A stretch of DNA of 64,000 bases from Candidatus Kerfeldbacteria bacterium (lineage in GTDB: Bacteria > Patescibacteriota > Patescibacteriia > UBA10025 > JAHIVO01). Location of the stretch: NCBI GenBank assembly GCA_047946875.1, contig CP181398.1:271154-335153 (forward strand), given 5' to 3'. The translations under genes were made by a program, and so were the position numbers. The notes under the pieces were generated by a model that was not told the origin of the DNA, made no database searches, and worked only from the letters and a program-made list of their open reading frames with translations. This document shows, piece after piece, positions 50,187 through 57,787 of the stretch (position 1 is its first letter; each line of letters begins with the position of its first letter).

Positions 50187-51311
50187 ATGAGAATTGGAAT
50201 TGATGCTAGATTTTATGGATCGTGGGGGAAAGGTTTGGGTCGTTACACTCAAAAATTAATTGCTTATTTAGAAAAAATTGATCAAAGCAATGATTATTTT
50301 ATTTTGCTAAGAAAGGATAATTGGGGTGAATATGAACCCAAGAATCGTCGCTTTAAGAAAGTTTTAGCTGATTATAGTTGGTATTCAATTAATGAACAAT
50401 TATATTTTCCTAGAGCATTAAATAAGTTAAATTTAGATTTAATGCATTTTACTCATTTTAATGTACCATTTTTGTATCGAAAACCATTTGTTGTAACCAT
50501 TCATGATTTAATTCTAACTAAATATCCTACTGAAAGGGCTACAACATTAGGACCACTAAAATATAAATTAAAACATTTTGGATATAAATTAATTATTGGT
50601 TCTGCTATTCGTAGAGCTAAATCAATTATTGCTGTTTCAAAATTTACCAAACAAGATATTTCGGACCATTTTGAAGTTGCCTCAAAAAAAATATCAGTCA
50701 CTCATGAAGGTGTTGATCCATTAATTGTAGACTCGCAAGATACAAAAAATGTTTTATCAAATTATAATATTCACAGTCCTTATATATTGTATGTAGGTAA
50801 TGTCTATCCTCATAAAAATATTGATGGGCTTGTTAAAGCTTGGAAAAAAGTTATTACAATAAAGAAAGATTTAAAGCTAGTTTTGGTTGGTAAGGAAGAT
50901 TATTTCTTTCTAAAGATTCAGGAATTAGTAAAACAAAATAATTTAGATGATTCTATAATATTTACTGGATTTGTACCTGATAAAGATCTACCACATATAT
51001 ATAAGGCAGCATCAATGTATATTTTTCCTTCATTTTGTGAAGGTTTTGGTTTGCCTGCATTAGAAGCTTGTTATAGTGGGGTACCTGTTGCTGCTAGTGA
51101 TAATTCAAGCTTGCCAGAAGTATTGGGTAGAGCAGCTGTGTATTTTGATCCTCATAATGTAGACCAAATAGCAAAAAAGATTATATATGTATTAGATCAC
51201 CCCGAAGTTGCAGCAGAGCTAGTAAATAGAGGTCATGAGCAAGTAAGTAGGTTTAGTTGGGAAAAAATGGCTAAAGCTACTCTTGACTTATATGAGGATA
51301 TTATAGCATAG
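50187..51311 (+). CDS. Glycosyltransferase family 4 (MtfB-like)
   Basis: 'TIHDL', 'PHKN', 'PSFCEGFGLPALEA'. Confidence 0.9.
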   Translation: MRIGIDARFYGSWGKGLGRYTQKLIAYLEKIDQSNDYFILLRKDNWGEYEPKNRRFKKVLADYSWYSINEQLYFPRALNKLNLDLMHFTHFNVPFLYRKPFVVTIHDLILTKYPTERATTLGPLKYKLKHFGYKLIIGSAIRRAKSIIAVSKFTKQDISDHFEVASKKISVTHEGVDPLIVDSQDTKNVLSNYNIHSPYILYVGNVYPHKNIDGLVKAWKKVITIKKDLKLVLVGKEDYFFLKIQELVKQNNLDDSIIFTGFVPDKDLPHIYKAASMYIFPSFCEGFGLPALEACYSGVPVAASDNSSLPEVLGRAAVYFDPHNVDQIAKKIIYVLDHPEVAAELVNRGHEQVSRFSWEKMAKATLDLYEDIIA

Positions 51312-51382
51312 CAATTTTTTGTTAAAAGTATTATAATAGTTAAATAAGAAGCATAAATATTTTTTGTAGGAGTGTATATATA

Positions 51383-53752
51383 TTGAAAAAAAATATGGAT
51401 TTTGCTGATAAAAAAGCGCACTTAAAATTTAATAAAAGATCAAAAAATGGACATAGACAAAGCGGTCCTAATTTTGGTATACCACATGCTAATATAATTG
51501 ATTTGAAGAAGATTCATAATGAAAAGAAAGAAAAGGAAAAACAGATAATTAAAGATAATGAAAATATTATAACTAAAATTAGTAATATTAAATGGCCCAA
51601 GTTAAGTATCCCAAAAAAGATTCATCACAAAACAGCCTTGGAAAAAATACTGGTATCAAAAATTAATCAAGATGCACCAACTGAGATAAGTATAAATAAA
51701 AAAAAGGAGAATCAGAAAACAGCAAAACAAATTCCAACTAAACCAGATATTAATCAAATTAAATTAGACGTTAAACAGTTCTCACTATCCTCTGGTTGGT
51801 ATAAGCGTTTAGCTGTGTTTTCTTTAGTTTCACTAGCAATAATTGCACCAATATACTTAATGAATTTTTACGAAAATGCTAAGCAGACGCAAGGTCAAGT
51901 CTTGGGAATATCTTCAGAAGCATATGATTTTTTGAAAGAAGCGGGGTCTTTTGCTACATCTTCAGAATTCAGTGAGGCAGGAGAATCATTTGGTAAAGCT
52001 GCTGAAAGTTTTATAGAGGCGCAAGATCAATTAGAATCAGCTGGAGGAGTGGTATTGTCAATCGCAAATATAGTACCTAATAAGGCTAAAAGTGCAGAAT
52101 ATCTTTTATCAGCTGGGGCGCATATGAGTAAGGCAGGAGTTCTTGTTTCTGAGATTATACCTGAATTAGAAAATTTTGATGTTAATCCATTAGATAATAA
52201 GCAAGTTACGACACTAACTGATTTTTTATTTTTTATTAAAACAGAGTTACAACCAGTACAGACTGAGTTAGAATTAGCTATTAGTGATATTGATAATGTA
52301 AGAACTAAAGATTTGCCTGATGAGTATCAAGAAAGTATGGCACTAGTAAAAAATTCTTTACCAGCTTTGGAAAATGGTTTTGATAGGATATTTTCAGTTG
52401 CAGATGTATTACTAGTTATATTGGGGCATGAAGCTCCACAAAGATATTTACTTACTTTCCAAAATAATAGAGAATTACGACCGACTGGTGGGTTTATAGG
52501 ATCTATTGCTCTGATGGATATTTATAAAGGCAATATAGAAAATTTGGAAGTTCCTGGTGGCGGTGTTTATGATATTGCTGGACAATTAAATGAAAAAATT
52601 ATATCACCTAAACCTCTTTGGCTAGTAAATCCACATTGGAATATTCAAGATAGTAACTGGTTTGCTGATTTTCCAACTTCAGCAGAAAAAATAATTTGGT
52701 TTTATGAAAGAGCTGGCCGTACAACTGTAGATGGTGTGATGAGTATGACCCCTGAGGTGATATTAGATCTATTGAAGATTACAGGGCCTATCGTAATGGA
52801 TGATTATGGATTAACTATCGATCATAGTAATTTTATTAGAGAAACACAGTACCAAGCAGAGATTGCTTATGATAAAGAAGAAAATCAACCAAAAAAGATA
52901 ATTGGCGATATGTTACCAAAATTGTTTGATAAAATATTTTTAGTAGAATCTACTGACTTTTTGAAGATAGTTGATGTGTTCAATAAATCATTAGGAAACA
53001 AAGATATTTTATTTTATTTTACAGATGAAAACTTGGAGAATAAAATTAATGAACTTTCATGGGGAGGTAAGATTATAGATACAAATAAAGATTATTTGAT
53101 GGTAGTTAGTTCTAATATTGCTGGAGGTAAAACTGATCACGTTGTTGATCAACTAGTTTCTCACGAAGTAAATATCCAATCAGATGGATCAATGATTAAT
53201 ACAGTAAAAATTTCAAGGACACATCAAGGTAACAGTTTAGATATATGGGAAGGGGAAGACAATGTATCATACTTACGAATTTATGTACCTAAGGGAAGTG
53301 AGTTAGTGTCTATAGAGGGTTATGATAATATACCAAGTTTTAGATATTTATTACCAGATCAAGATGCAACAACAGATGATTTCTTATCCAACATTGAACG
53401 AAATTCAATTATTGACGAATCGACAGGCACAAGAATAACTACAGAATTTAATAAGACGGTTTTTGGTAATTGGATAAGTATTTCTCCTGGAGAAACACAG
53501 GAGTTAATAATCTCATACAAATTACCATTTAATCTGGATTTTGGTGGATTATTTGATAAAACAGATTCCTATAGATTGTATGTACAAAAACAACCAGGTT
53601 TAATAAATAATTTCTTTACTACCAAGGTTAATTGGTCTGATGATATTAGCTTGATTTGGAATCAGGCTGGGTTTACGATTGATGAACATTCAGCTGAATA
53701 TGTAACAGATCTTGATAGTGATAAAATATTAGGGGTGATAATTAAGAAGTAA
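51383..53752 (+). CDS. DUF4012 domain membrane protein
   Basis: 'YLLTFQNNRELRPTGGFIGS', 'DSNWFADFPTSA', 'YLRIYVPKGS', 'QKQPG'; start may be ATG 51395. Confidence 0.85.
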   Translation: MKKNMDFADKKAHLKFNKRSKNGHRQSGPNFGIPHANIIDLKKIHNEKKEKEKQIIKDNENIITKISNIKWPKLSIPKKIHHKTALEKILVSKINQDAPTEISINKKKENQKTAKQIPTKPDINQIKLDVKQFSLSSGWYKRLAVFSLVSLAIIAPIYLMNFYENAKQTQGQVLGISSEAYDFLKEAGSFATSSEFSEAGESFGKAAESFIEAQDQLESAGGVVLSIANIVPNKAKSAEYLLSAGAHMSKAGVLVSEIIPELENFDVNPLDNKQVTTLTDFLFFIKTELQPVQTELELAISDIDNVRTKDLPDEYQESMALVKNSLPALENGFDRIFSVADVLLVILGHEAPQRYLLTFQNNRELRPTGGFIGSIALMDIYKGNIENLEVPGGGVYDIAGQLNEKIISPKPLWLVNPHWNIQDSNWFADFPTSAEKIIWFYERAGRTTVDGVMSMTPEVILDLLKITGPIVMDDYGLTIDHSNFIRETQYQAEIAYDKEENQPKKIIGDMLPKLFDKIFLVESTDFLKIVDVFNKSLGNKDILFYFTDENLENKINELSWGGKIIDTNKDYLMVVSSNIAGGKTDHVVDQLVSHEVNIQSDGSMINTVKISRTHQGNSLDIWEGEDNVSYLRIYVPKGSELVSIEGYDNIPSFRYLLPDQDATTDDFLSNIERNSIIDESTGTRITTEFNKTVFGNWISISPGETQELIISYKLPFNLDFGGLFDKTDSYRLYVQKQPGLINNFFTTKVNWSDDISLIWNQAGFTIDEHSAEYVTDLDSDKILGVIIKK

Positions 53753-53843
53753 AATGTAGTATATTTATTGGGGTTAATTTAATATGAGTAATAATTTTTT
53801 AGCTAATTTTAGCTAATTTTTTTATTATTGTGGATATTACCCC

Positions 53844-53872
53844 TTGACAGGGAATAGTAGTAGGTATATGAT
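53844..53872 (+). promoter_or_regulatory. sigma70 promoter heading the repeat/small-ORF array
   Basis: TTGACA (53844-53849), 17 bp, TATGAT (53867-53872). Confidence 0.7.
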
Positions 53873-54074
53873 TATAAGTTATATTGTTTTTTACAACTAA
53901 ATATGTAAATAACTCTTTGAGGAGAGAGTTATCAATTAAGCATTATAATAGTGCTTATGATATAAACTATTTGAATTGAATTCTATTTATTAACAATAGA
54001 ACCAATAACTAAATTAATGTAATCAAATGGCGAACTCTCCTAAAAGAAAGTTCGCTTCTTGTTTTTTAGGGAAT

Positions 54075-54210
54075 GAAAAGGGGGGCTAGAAAAATGATAT
54101 CAATATGGATTAGTTTTTCTCTCGGTGTAAACTGAGAATTCACTAATCTTGGTATCTGGTGTATGCGTCAAACTTACGTGCGACTAAGCTATACCACTAG
54201 CAACCTTCTC
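54075..54210 (+). repeat. Structured repeat R1, copy 1 (136-nt core)
   Basis: GAAAAGGGGGGCTAG...CTAGCAACCTTCTC; near-identical to copies at 54837, 55393 and 56439; GTAA loop. Confidence 0.95.
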
Positions 54211-54226
54211 ATTCTTTGAAAAAAAA

Positions 54227-54333
54227 TTTCGAGTGGGTATAAGGTCACCTATTAGCATTCTCACGGATGAGGTGTTACCGTCTTAAATAATATAGGCGTT
54301 GGGGTGTGCAGATCCCCCTTCCACTCGACAAAA
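54227..54333 (+). ncRNA. Single-copy structured element R2
   Basis: Closing stem TCGAGTGG/CCACTCGA enclosing CCTAT/ATAGG, TAGCATTCTCA/TGAGGTGTTA and GGGG/CCCC hairpins. Confidence 0.45.
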
Positions 54334-54371
54334 TTATTCGTTAAAAAACGAGTATTGCTATTAGCAATTTG

Positions 54372-54447
54372 TGGGCGAGGTTACGGAAGCTTCGCCACCT
54401 TTTTCCAGCGGGCATCTGCTATTGTGGATGTTTGCTGAAAAAAGGGA
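54372..54447 (+). repeat. Repeat R4, copy 1 (GC hairpin plus CTTTTTCCAG...CTGAAAAAAG stem)
   Basis: Second copy at 56334-56409 with a compensatory C-G to T-A change. Confidence 0.85.
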
Positions 54448-54479
54448 TAAAAAAGTACAAAAGGCAAAAGGAGAGCAGT

Positions 54480-54725
54480 ATGTCTGGCATATTTCTTAAA
54501 AACGTATTTGATCGCATAACAGCTTTAATGAGTAAGGCGATCGTATACAACTTCTCAGCAGATCAAAATCAACGTGATATAAGCGATCGTATAGGTACTC
54601 TAAACGATCAAATCATCAAATATGATAGTGATCTCAGCTGGGGGAATATTGAGAAGTCTGAATCTACTGAAGCAGATTTTCTTAAAGAGTTCGAAGAAAT
54701 TGAAGCAATTATTGTTACTTTCTAA
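54480..54725 (+). CDS. Array ORF1, 81-aa acidic hypothetical protein
   Basis: AGGAG SD before ATG 54480; followed by a junction hairpin. Confidence 0.6.
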   Translation: MSGIFLKNVFDRITALMSKAIVYNFSADQNQRDISDRIGTLNDQIIKYDSDLSWGNIEKSESTEADFLKEFEEIEAIIVTF

Positions 54726-54836
54726 ATTCTTTTCCTGGGGAATGGATTTAATTCATTCCCCACACATTTCTAGAGAATCAAGTAATTGGTTAACTGGAAA
54801 TATGCTAAAGTTCTTTACATCAATATTTCACAGTTA

Positions 54837-54991
54837 GAAAAGGGGGGCTAGAAAAATGATATCAATATGGATTAGTTTTTCTCTCGGTGCAAACTGAGAA
54901 TTCACTAATCTTGGTATCTGGTGTATGCGTCAAACTTACGTGCGACTAAGCTATACCACCCGCCCAAGGCGGATAAACTAGCAATCTTCTC
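54837..54991 (+). repeat. Structured repeat R1, copy 2 (with 19-nt hairpin insertion)
   Basis: Same core plus CCCGCCCAAGGCGGATAAA at 54959-54977. Confidence 0.95.
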
Positions 54992-55030
54992 TAACTGTGA
55001 AAATATTGCTATAAGTTTTAAAAATGGAGG

Positions 55031-55273
55031 ATGAAGATGAATTCCATATGGGAAGTAGTAAAAGGCTTCATTAGTTCAATAATAGTACCTTACATTGGTA
55101 TTTGGACAATTGAAGGGACTCTGGAAGGTACAATATGTATTTATAAGTTACCGATTTATATGGTAACTGGAACTGGAGTTTGTATACTAATTCTCTTCAT
55201 TTGTTTCATAATTCATGTTGTTATTGAAGAGATTTGTGAGAAAATTAACAATAAACTTCATCAGTCCATATAG
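55031..55273 (+). CDS. Array ORF2, 80-aa membrane protein
   Basis: GGAGG SD (start may be 55037); two hydrophobic segments. Confidence 0.6.
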   Translation: MKMNSIWEVVKGFISSIIVPYIGIWTIEGTLEGTICIYKLPIYMVTGTGVCILILFICFIIHVVIEEICEKINNKLHQSI

Positions 55274-55392
55274 CAGATGTTAAATGTTCTTTACGGAGAA
55301 AGCCTAAAAAACTTTCTCCACTTTTTCCAAGAAATAATGCAAATTGTTTGCTGAAAAAAGGGAATGTTCTTTATATCAATATTTCATGGTTA

Positions 55393-55528
55393 GAAAAGGG
55401 GGGCTAGAAAAATGATATCAATATGGATTAGTTTTTCTCTCGGTGCAAACTGAGAATTCACTAATCTTGGTATCTGGTGTATGCGTCAAACTTACGTGCG
55501 ACTAAGCTATACCACTAGCAACCTTCTC
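55393..55528 (+). repeat. Structured repeat R1, copy 3
   Basis: 136-nt core identical to copy 4 by eye. Confidence 0.95.
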
Positions 55529-55574
55529 TAACTGTGAAAAAACAATAAACATCATATAAACCTGGAGTAATGAA

Positions 55575-55955
55575 ATGATTACTGATCACGTAGAGTGGGC
55601 TCGTAAGCTGACGGAAGAGATGACTCGTGAACTCGAGGAATTACTTGCCCGTCACGGCTATCGGTTTATCGAAAGGGAAGATCTTGTTCCAGGCAGAAGG
55701 TTTCAAATGGTTGAAATATGGCCATTTGTACCGATAGAAAACCCTCGGTTCGTAGGCACTCAGGTAATGATCGATGATCCTGGTATTCGTACTTGTGATC
55801 ACCCTGATCTTCCGGATGAGTATGTATATTATCATTCGGTGGGATGGAAGAGACAGTGCTTCGTTCCGTTGGAAATGTTTCTTAATCGGCAAGCCGGACC
55901 GCATGACAATAGACAATACGCCTACGTTGTCCCAAATTTCGGAGGTTGTATGTGA
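55575..55955 (+). CDS. Array ORF3, 126-aa soluble hypothetical protein
   Basis: GGAG SD; visibly more GC-rich than housekeeping genes. Confidence 0.6.
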   Translation: MITDHVEWARKLTEEMTRELEELLARHGYRFIEREDLVPGRRFQMVEIWPFVPIENPRFVGTQVMIDDPGIRTCDHPDLPDEYVYYHSVGWKRQCFVPLEMFLNRQAGPHDNRQYAYVVPNFGGCM

Positions 55956-56091
55956 CATTTATTCCAAAGTCCCAGAACCAAAACTGGTAGGATAGTTACC
56001 TGAAACAGAATAACTCGGGAAGAGATCTTTTCTTCCCGTACTTTTCCAGAATATCATGAGAGTGGTGTTTTGAAAAAGTGATTGAACATTA
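55942..56091 (+). repeat. Structured repeat R3, copy 1 (about 150 nt)
   Basis: GAGGTT..ATGTGACATTT...CGGGAAGAGATCTTTTCTTCCCG..CTTTTCCAG...TGAAAAAGTGATTGAACATTA; second copy at 57190. Confidence 0.92.
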
Positions 56092-56112
56092 CATATAAAG
56101 AAGGGAATAATA

Positions 56113-56259
56113 ATGAATATTACTATAATATCATTAGCGCTTCTGGCAATAGTCTGTGGATGTAGATTGTATTTTTCTAAAAACGGAAAAATTCAGTTTT
56201 TAGCAGCAATCGAAGGGATAGCAATAATTATCGTAATAGTTACCACACAGATTAATTAG
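56113..56259 (+). CDS. Array ORF4, 48-aa two-TM microprotein (not in ORF track)
   Basis: MNITIISLALLAIVCGCRLYFSKNGKIQFLAAIEGIAIIIVIVTTQIN; AAGGGA upstream; directly follows R3. Confidence 0.5.
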   Translation: MNITIISLALLAIVCGCRLYFSKNGKIQFLAAIEGIAIIIVIVTTQIN

Positions 56260-56333
56260 TCAGAGTATTATTGTTCCATAGGAAGGAAGTACAAAAATGG
56301 ATAAGATTCAAATTGAATTGGAAATTATCTAAA

Positions 56334-56409
56334 TGGGCGAGGTATTGAGAATTTCGCCCCTTTTTTTCAGCGGGCATTTGCTATTGTGAATGTTTGCTGA
56401 AAAAAAGGA
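56334..56409 (+). repeat. Repeat R4, copy 2
   Basis: GGGCGAGG...TTTCGCCC plus CTTTTTTTCAGCGGGCATTTGC...GTGAATGTTTGCTGAAAAAAAGG. Confidence 0.85.
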
Positions 56410-56438
56410 AAGTTCTTTACATCAATATTTCACAGTTA

Positions 56439-56574
56439 GAAAAGGGGGGCTAGAAAAATGATATCAATATGGATTAGTTTTTCTCTCGGTGCAAACTGAG
56501 AATTCACTAATCTTGGTATCTGGTGTATGCGTCAAACTTACGTGCGACTAAGCTATACCACTAGCAACCTTCTC
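56439..56574 (+). repeat. Structured repeat R1, copy 4
   Basis: 136-nt core with outer stem TTTCACAGTTAG/CTAACTGTGAAA. Confidence 0.95.
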
Positions 56575-56608
56575 TAACTGTGAAATAAAATATAGAATAA
56601 GGAGAATT

Positions 56609-57127
56609 GTGATGAAACTTACACATTTCATTAACTGCAAATTCGATTGGTATTACCGCCTGACATTATGTCTCTTGGTATATTTCTTTACCAATTCATA
56701 TTACGTAAGTGGTCAAATCACTTATTGGAACAGTATTGGTGCGTTTATAACTGGATCGTTACTTATCAATATCATTTATGTGTTGATAACAATGATTGCA
56801 GTATATCCTTTGCACTTATTGTATTTGTTCGTTGCATCTAAGATTGCAGTCAAGAAAAAAAGACCAAAAAAAGATGAATATTGTGTCAGTTGTAGGTATT
56901 TATCGGTAACAACATTCATCGTTGTATTAACTTATGCAACTTATAAGTTTACGATTGGTGAAGCTGTTTTATGGGAAGCTGTTGTTGGGGGATTGTTGGG
57001 TGCTATCGTTGTGAATTTGATGATCCGGTTTATAGGTTGTCTAACTTTTTGGCCACTACATTCATTTTTCAATTTTGTATGGTACAAATTGTTCAAAAGA
57101 AATGTCGTACAAGCATCCACATGTTAG
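56609..57127 (+). CDS. Array ORF5, 172-aa membrane protein with internal duplication
   Basis: AAGGAG SD; two halves, each with 2 TM helices ending YPLH/WPLH. Confidence 0.65.
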   Translation: MMKLTHFINCKFDWYYRLTLCLLVYFFTNSYYVSGQITYWNSIGAFITGSLLINIIYVLITMIAVYPLHLLYLFVASKIAVKKKRPKKDEYCVSCRYLSVTTFIVVLTYATYKFTIGEAVLWEAVVGGLLGAIVVNLMIRFIGCLTFWPLHSFFNFVWYKLFKRNVVQASTC

Positions 57128-57189
57128 TATTTTTTCACAAGTGAGATTAGACCTAGTGTCTTGATCTTGAAAAGTTCCTCTTTATTCTA

Positions 57190-57340
57190 GAGGTTATATG
57201 TGACATTTGTCCCAAGGTTCCAGAACCTATAACTGGTAGGGTAGTTACCTGAAACAGAATAACTCGGGAAGAGATCTTTTCTTCCCGTACTTTTCCAGAA
57301 TATCATGAGAGTGGTATTTTGAAAAAGTGATTGAACATTA
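57190..57340 (+). repeat. Structured repeat R3, copy 2
   Basis: Near-identical to 55942-56091. Confidence 0.92.
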
Positions 57341-57365
57341 TAACTAAATATAGATCGGAGAAAAT

Positions 57366-57521
57366 ATGTACGAATATGTAGGTATTGCAATTGGTATCAT
57401 GTTACTTGCTTATGTTGCCTATAAATATTTGGTTGCATCTGTAGTATCATGGTTTGTCTGTATGGCAATCGATAAACTGTTTGAAACCCATAATATAAGT
57501 ATGGGAAGAATAGGAAGGTAA
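57366..57521 (+). CDS. Array ORF6, 51-aa hydrophobic microprotein (not in ORF track)
   Basis: MYEYVGIAIGIMLLAYVAYKYLVASVVSWFVCMAIDKLFETHNISMGRIGR; GGAG SD; stop abuts the next ATG. Confidence 0.55.
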   Translation: MYEYVGIAIGIMLLAYVAYKYLVASVVSWFVCMAIDKLFETHNISMGRIGR

Positions 57522-57522
57522 A

Positions 57523-57762
57523 ATGTACTATCGTCATGATGAAAGAATGATGAAAATGAATATGGCTTTAGTCTTAGTCCTAGTGCCAATTCTATTCGTA
57601 GTCACTTTCGGAATTTCTGCATTAGGATGGGGTAGCCTCGACTCTTTTATGAGAGGTTTTATGGGTTATACCACTCTTATATTTGGAGGTGTATGGTTGG
57701 CTGTCCTTGAAGGAGAAACAAAAGATTTCCGATCCAGGGTCAAGGCAATGATATGGTCATAA
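57523..57762 (+). CDS. Array ORF7, 79-aa two-TM protein
   Basis: Two hydrophobic helices; starts 1 nt after ORF6 stop. Confidence 0.6.
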   Translation: MYYRHDERMMKMNMALVLVLVPILFVVTFGISALGWGSLDSFMRGFMGYTTLIFGGVWLAVLEGETKDFRSRVKAMIWS

Positions 57763-57787
57763 ATTGACCAAGACTATAATTATATTG

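Noticed and set aside
53797-53820. Short tandem duplication TTTTAGCTAA x2
   Set aside because: Low-complexity AT-rich sequence with no evidence of function
54075-54210. R1 as c-di-GMP-I riboswitch or hammerhead ribozyme
   Set aside because: It has a GNRA loop and TATG/CTAAG segments, but I could not match the GEMM junction consensus or a CTGANGA/GAAA core
54369-54479. N-terminal extension of ORF 54369-54725 from TTG
   Set aside because: It runs through the R4 repeat; ATG 54480 has an AGGAG SD
54075-56574. CRISPR array
   Set aside because: Repeats are 136 nt with irregular gene-containing gaps of about 400-900 nt; no cas genes
54821-56585. R1 as a classical MITE/IS remnant
   Set aside because: No consistent target-site duplication, the terminal stem changes sequence between copies, pairing relies on strand-specific G-U, and all copies are co-oriented; not fully excluded
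57187-57390. 67-aa minus-strand ORF
   Set aside because: Antisense to non-coding repeat R3; no independent coding evidence
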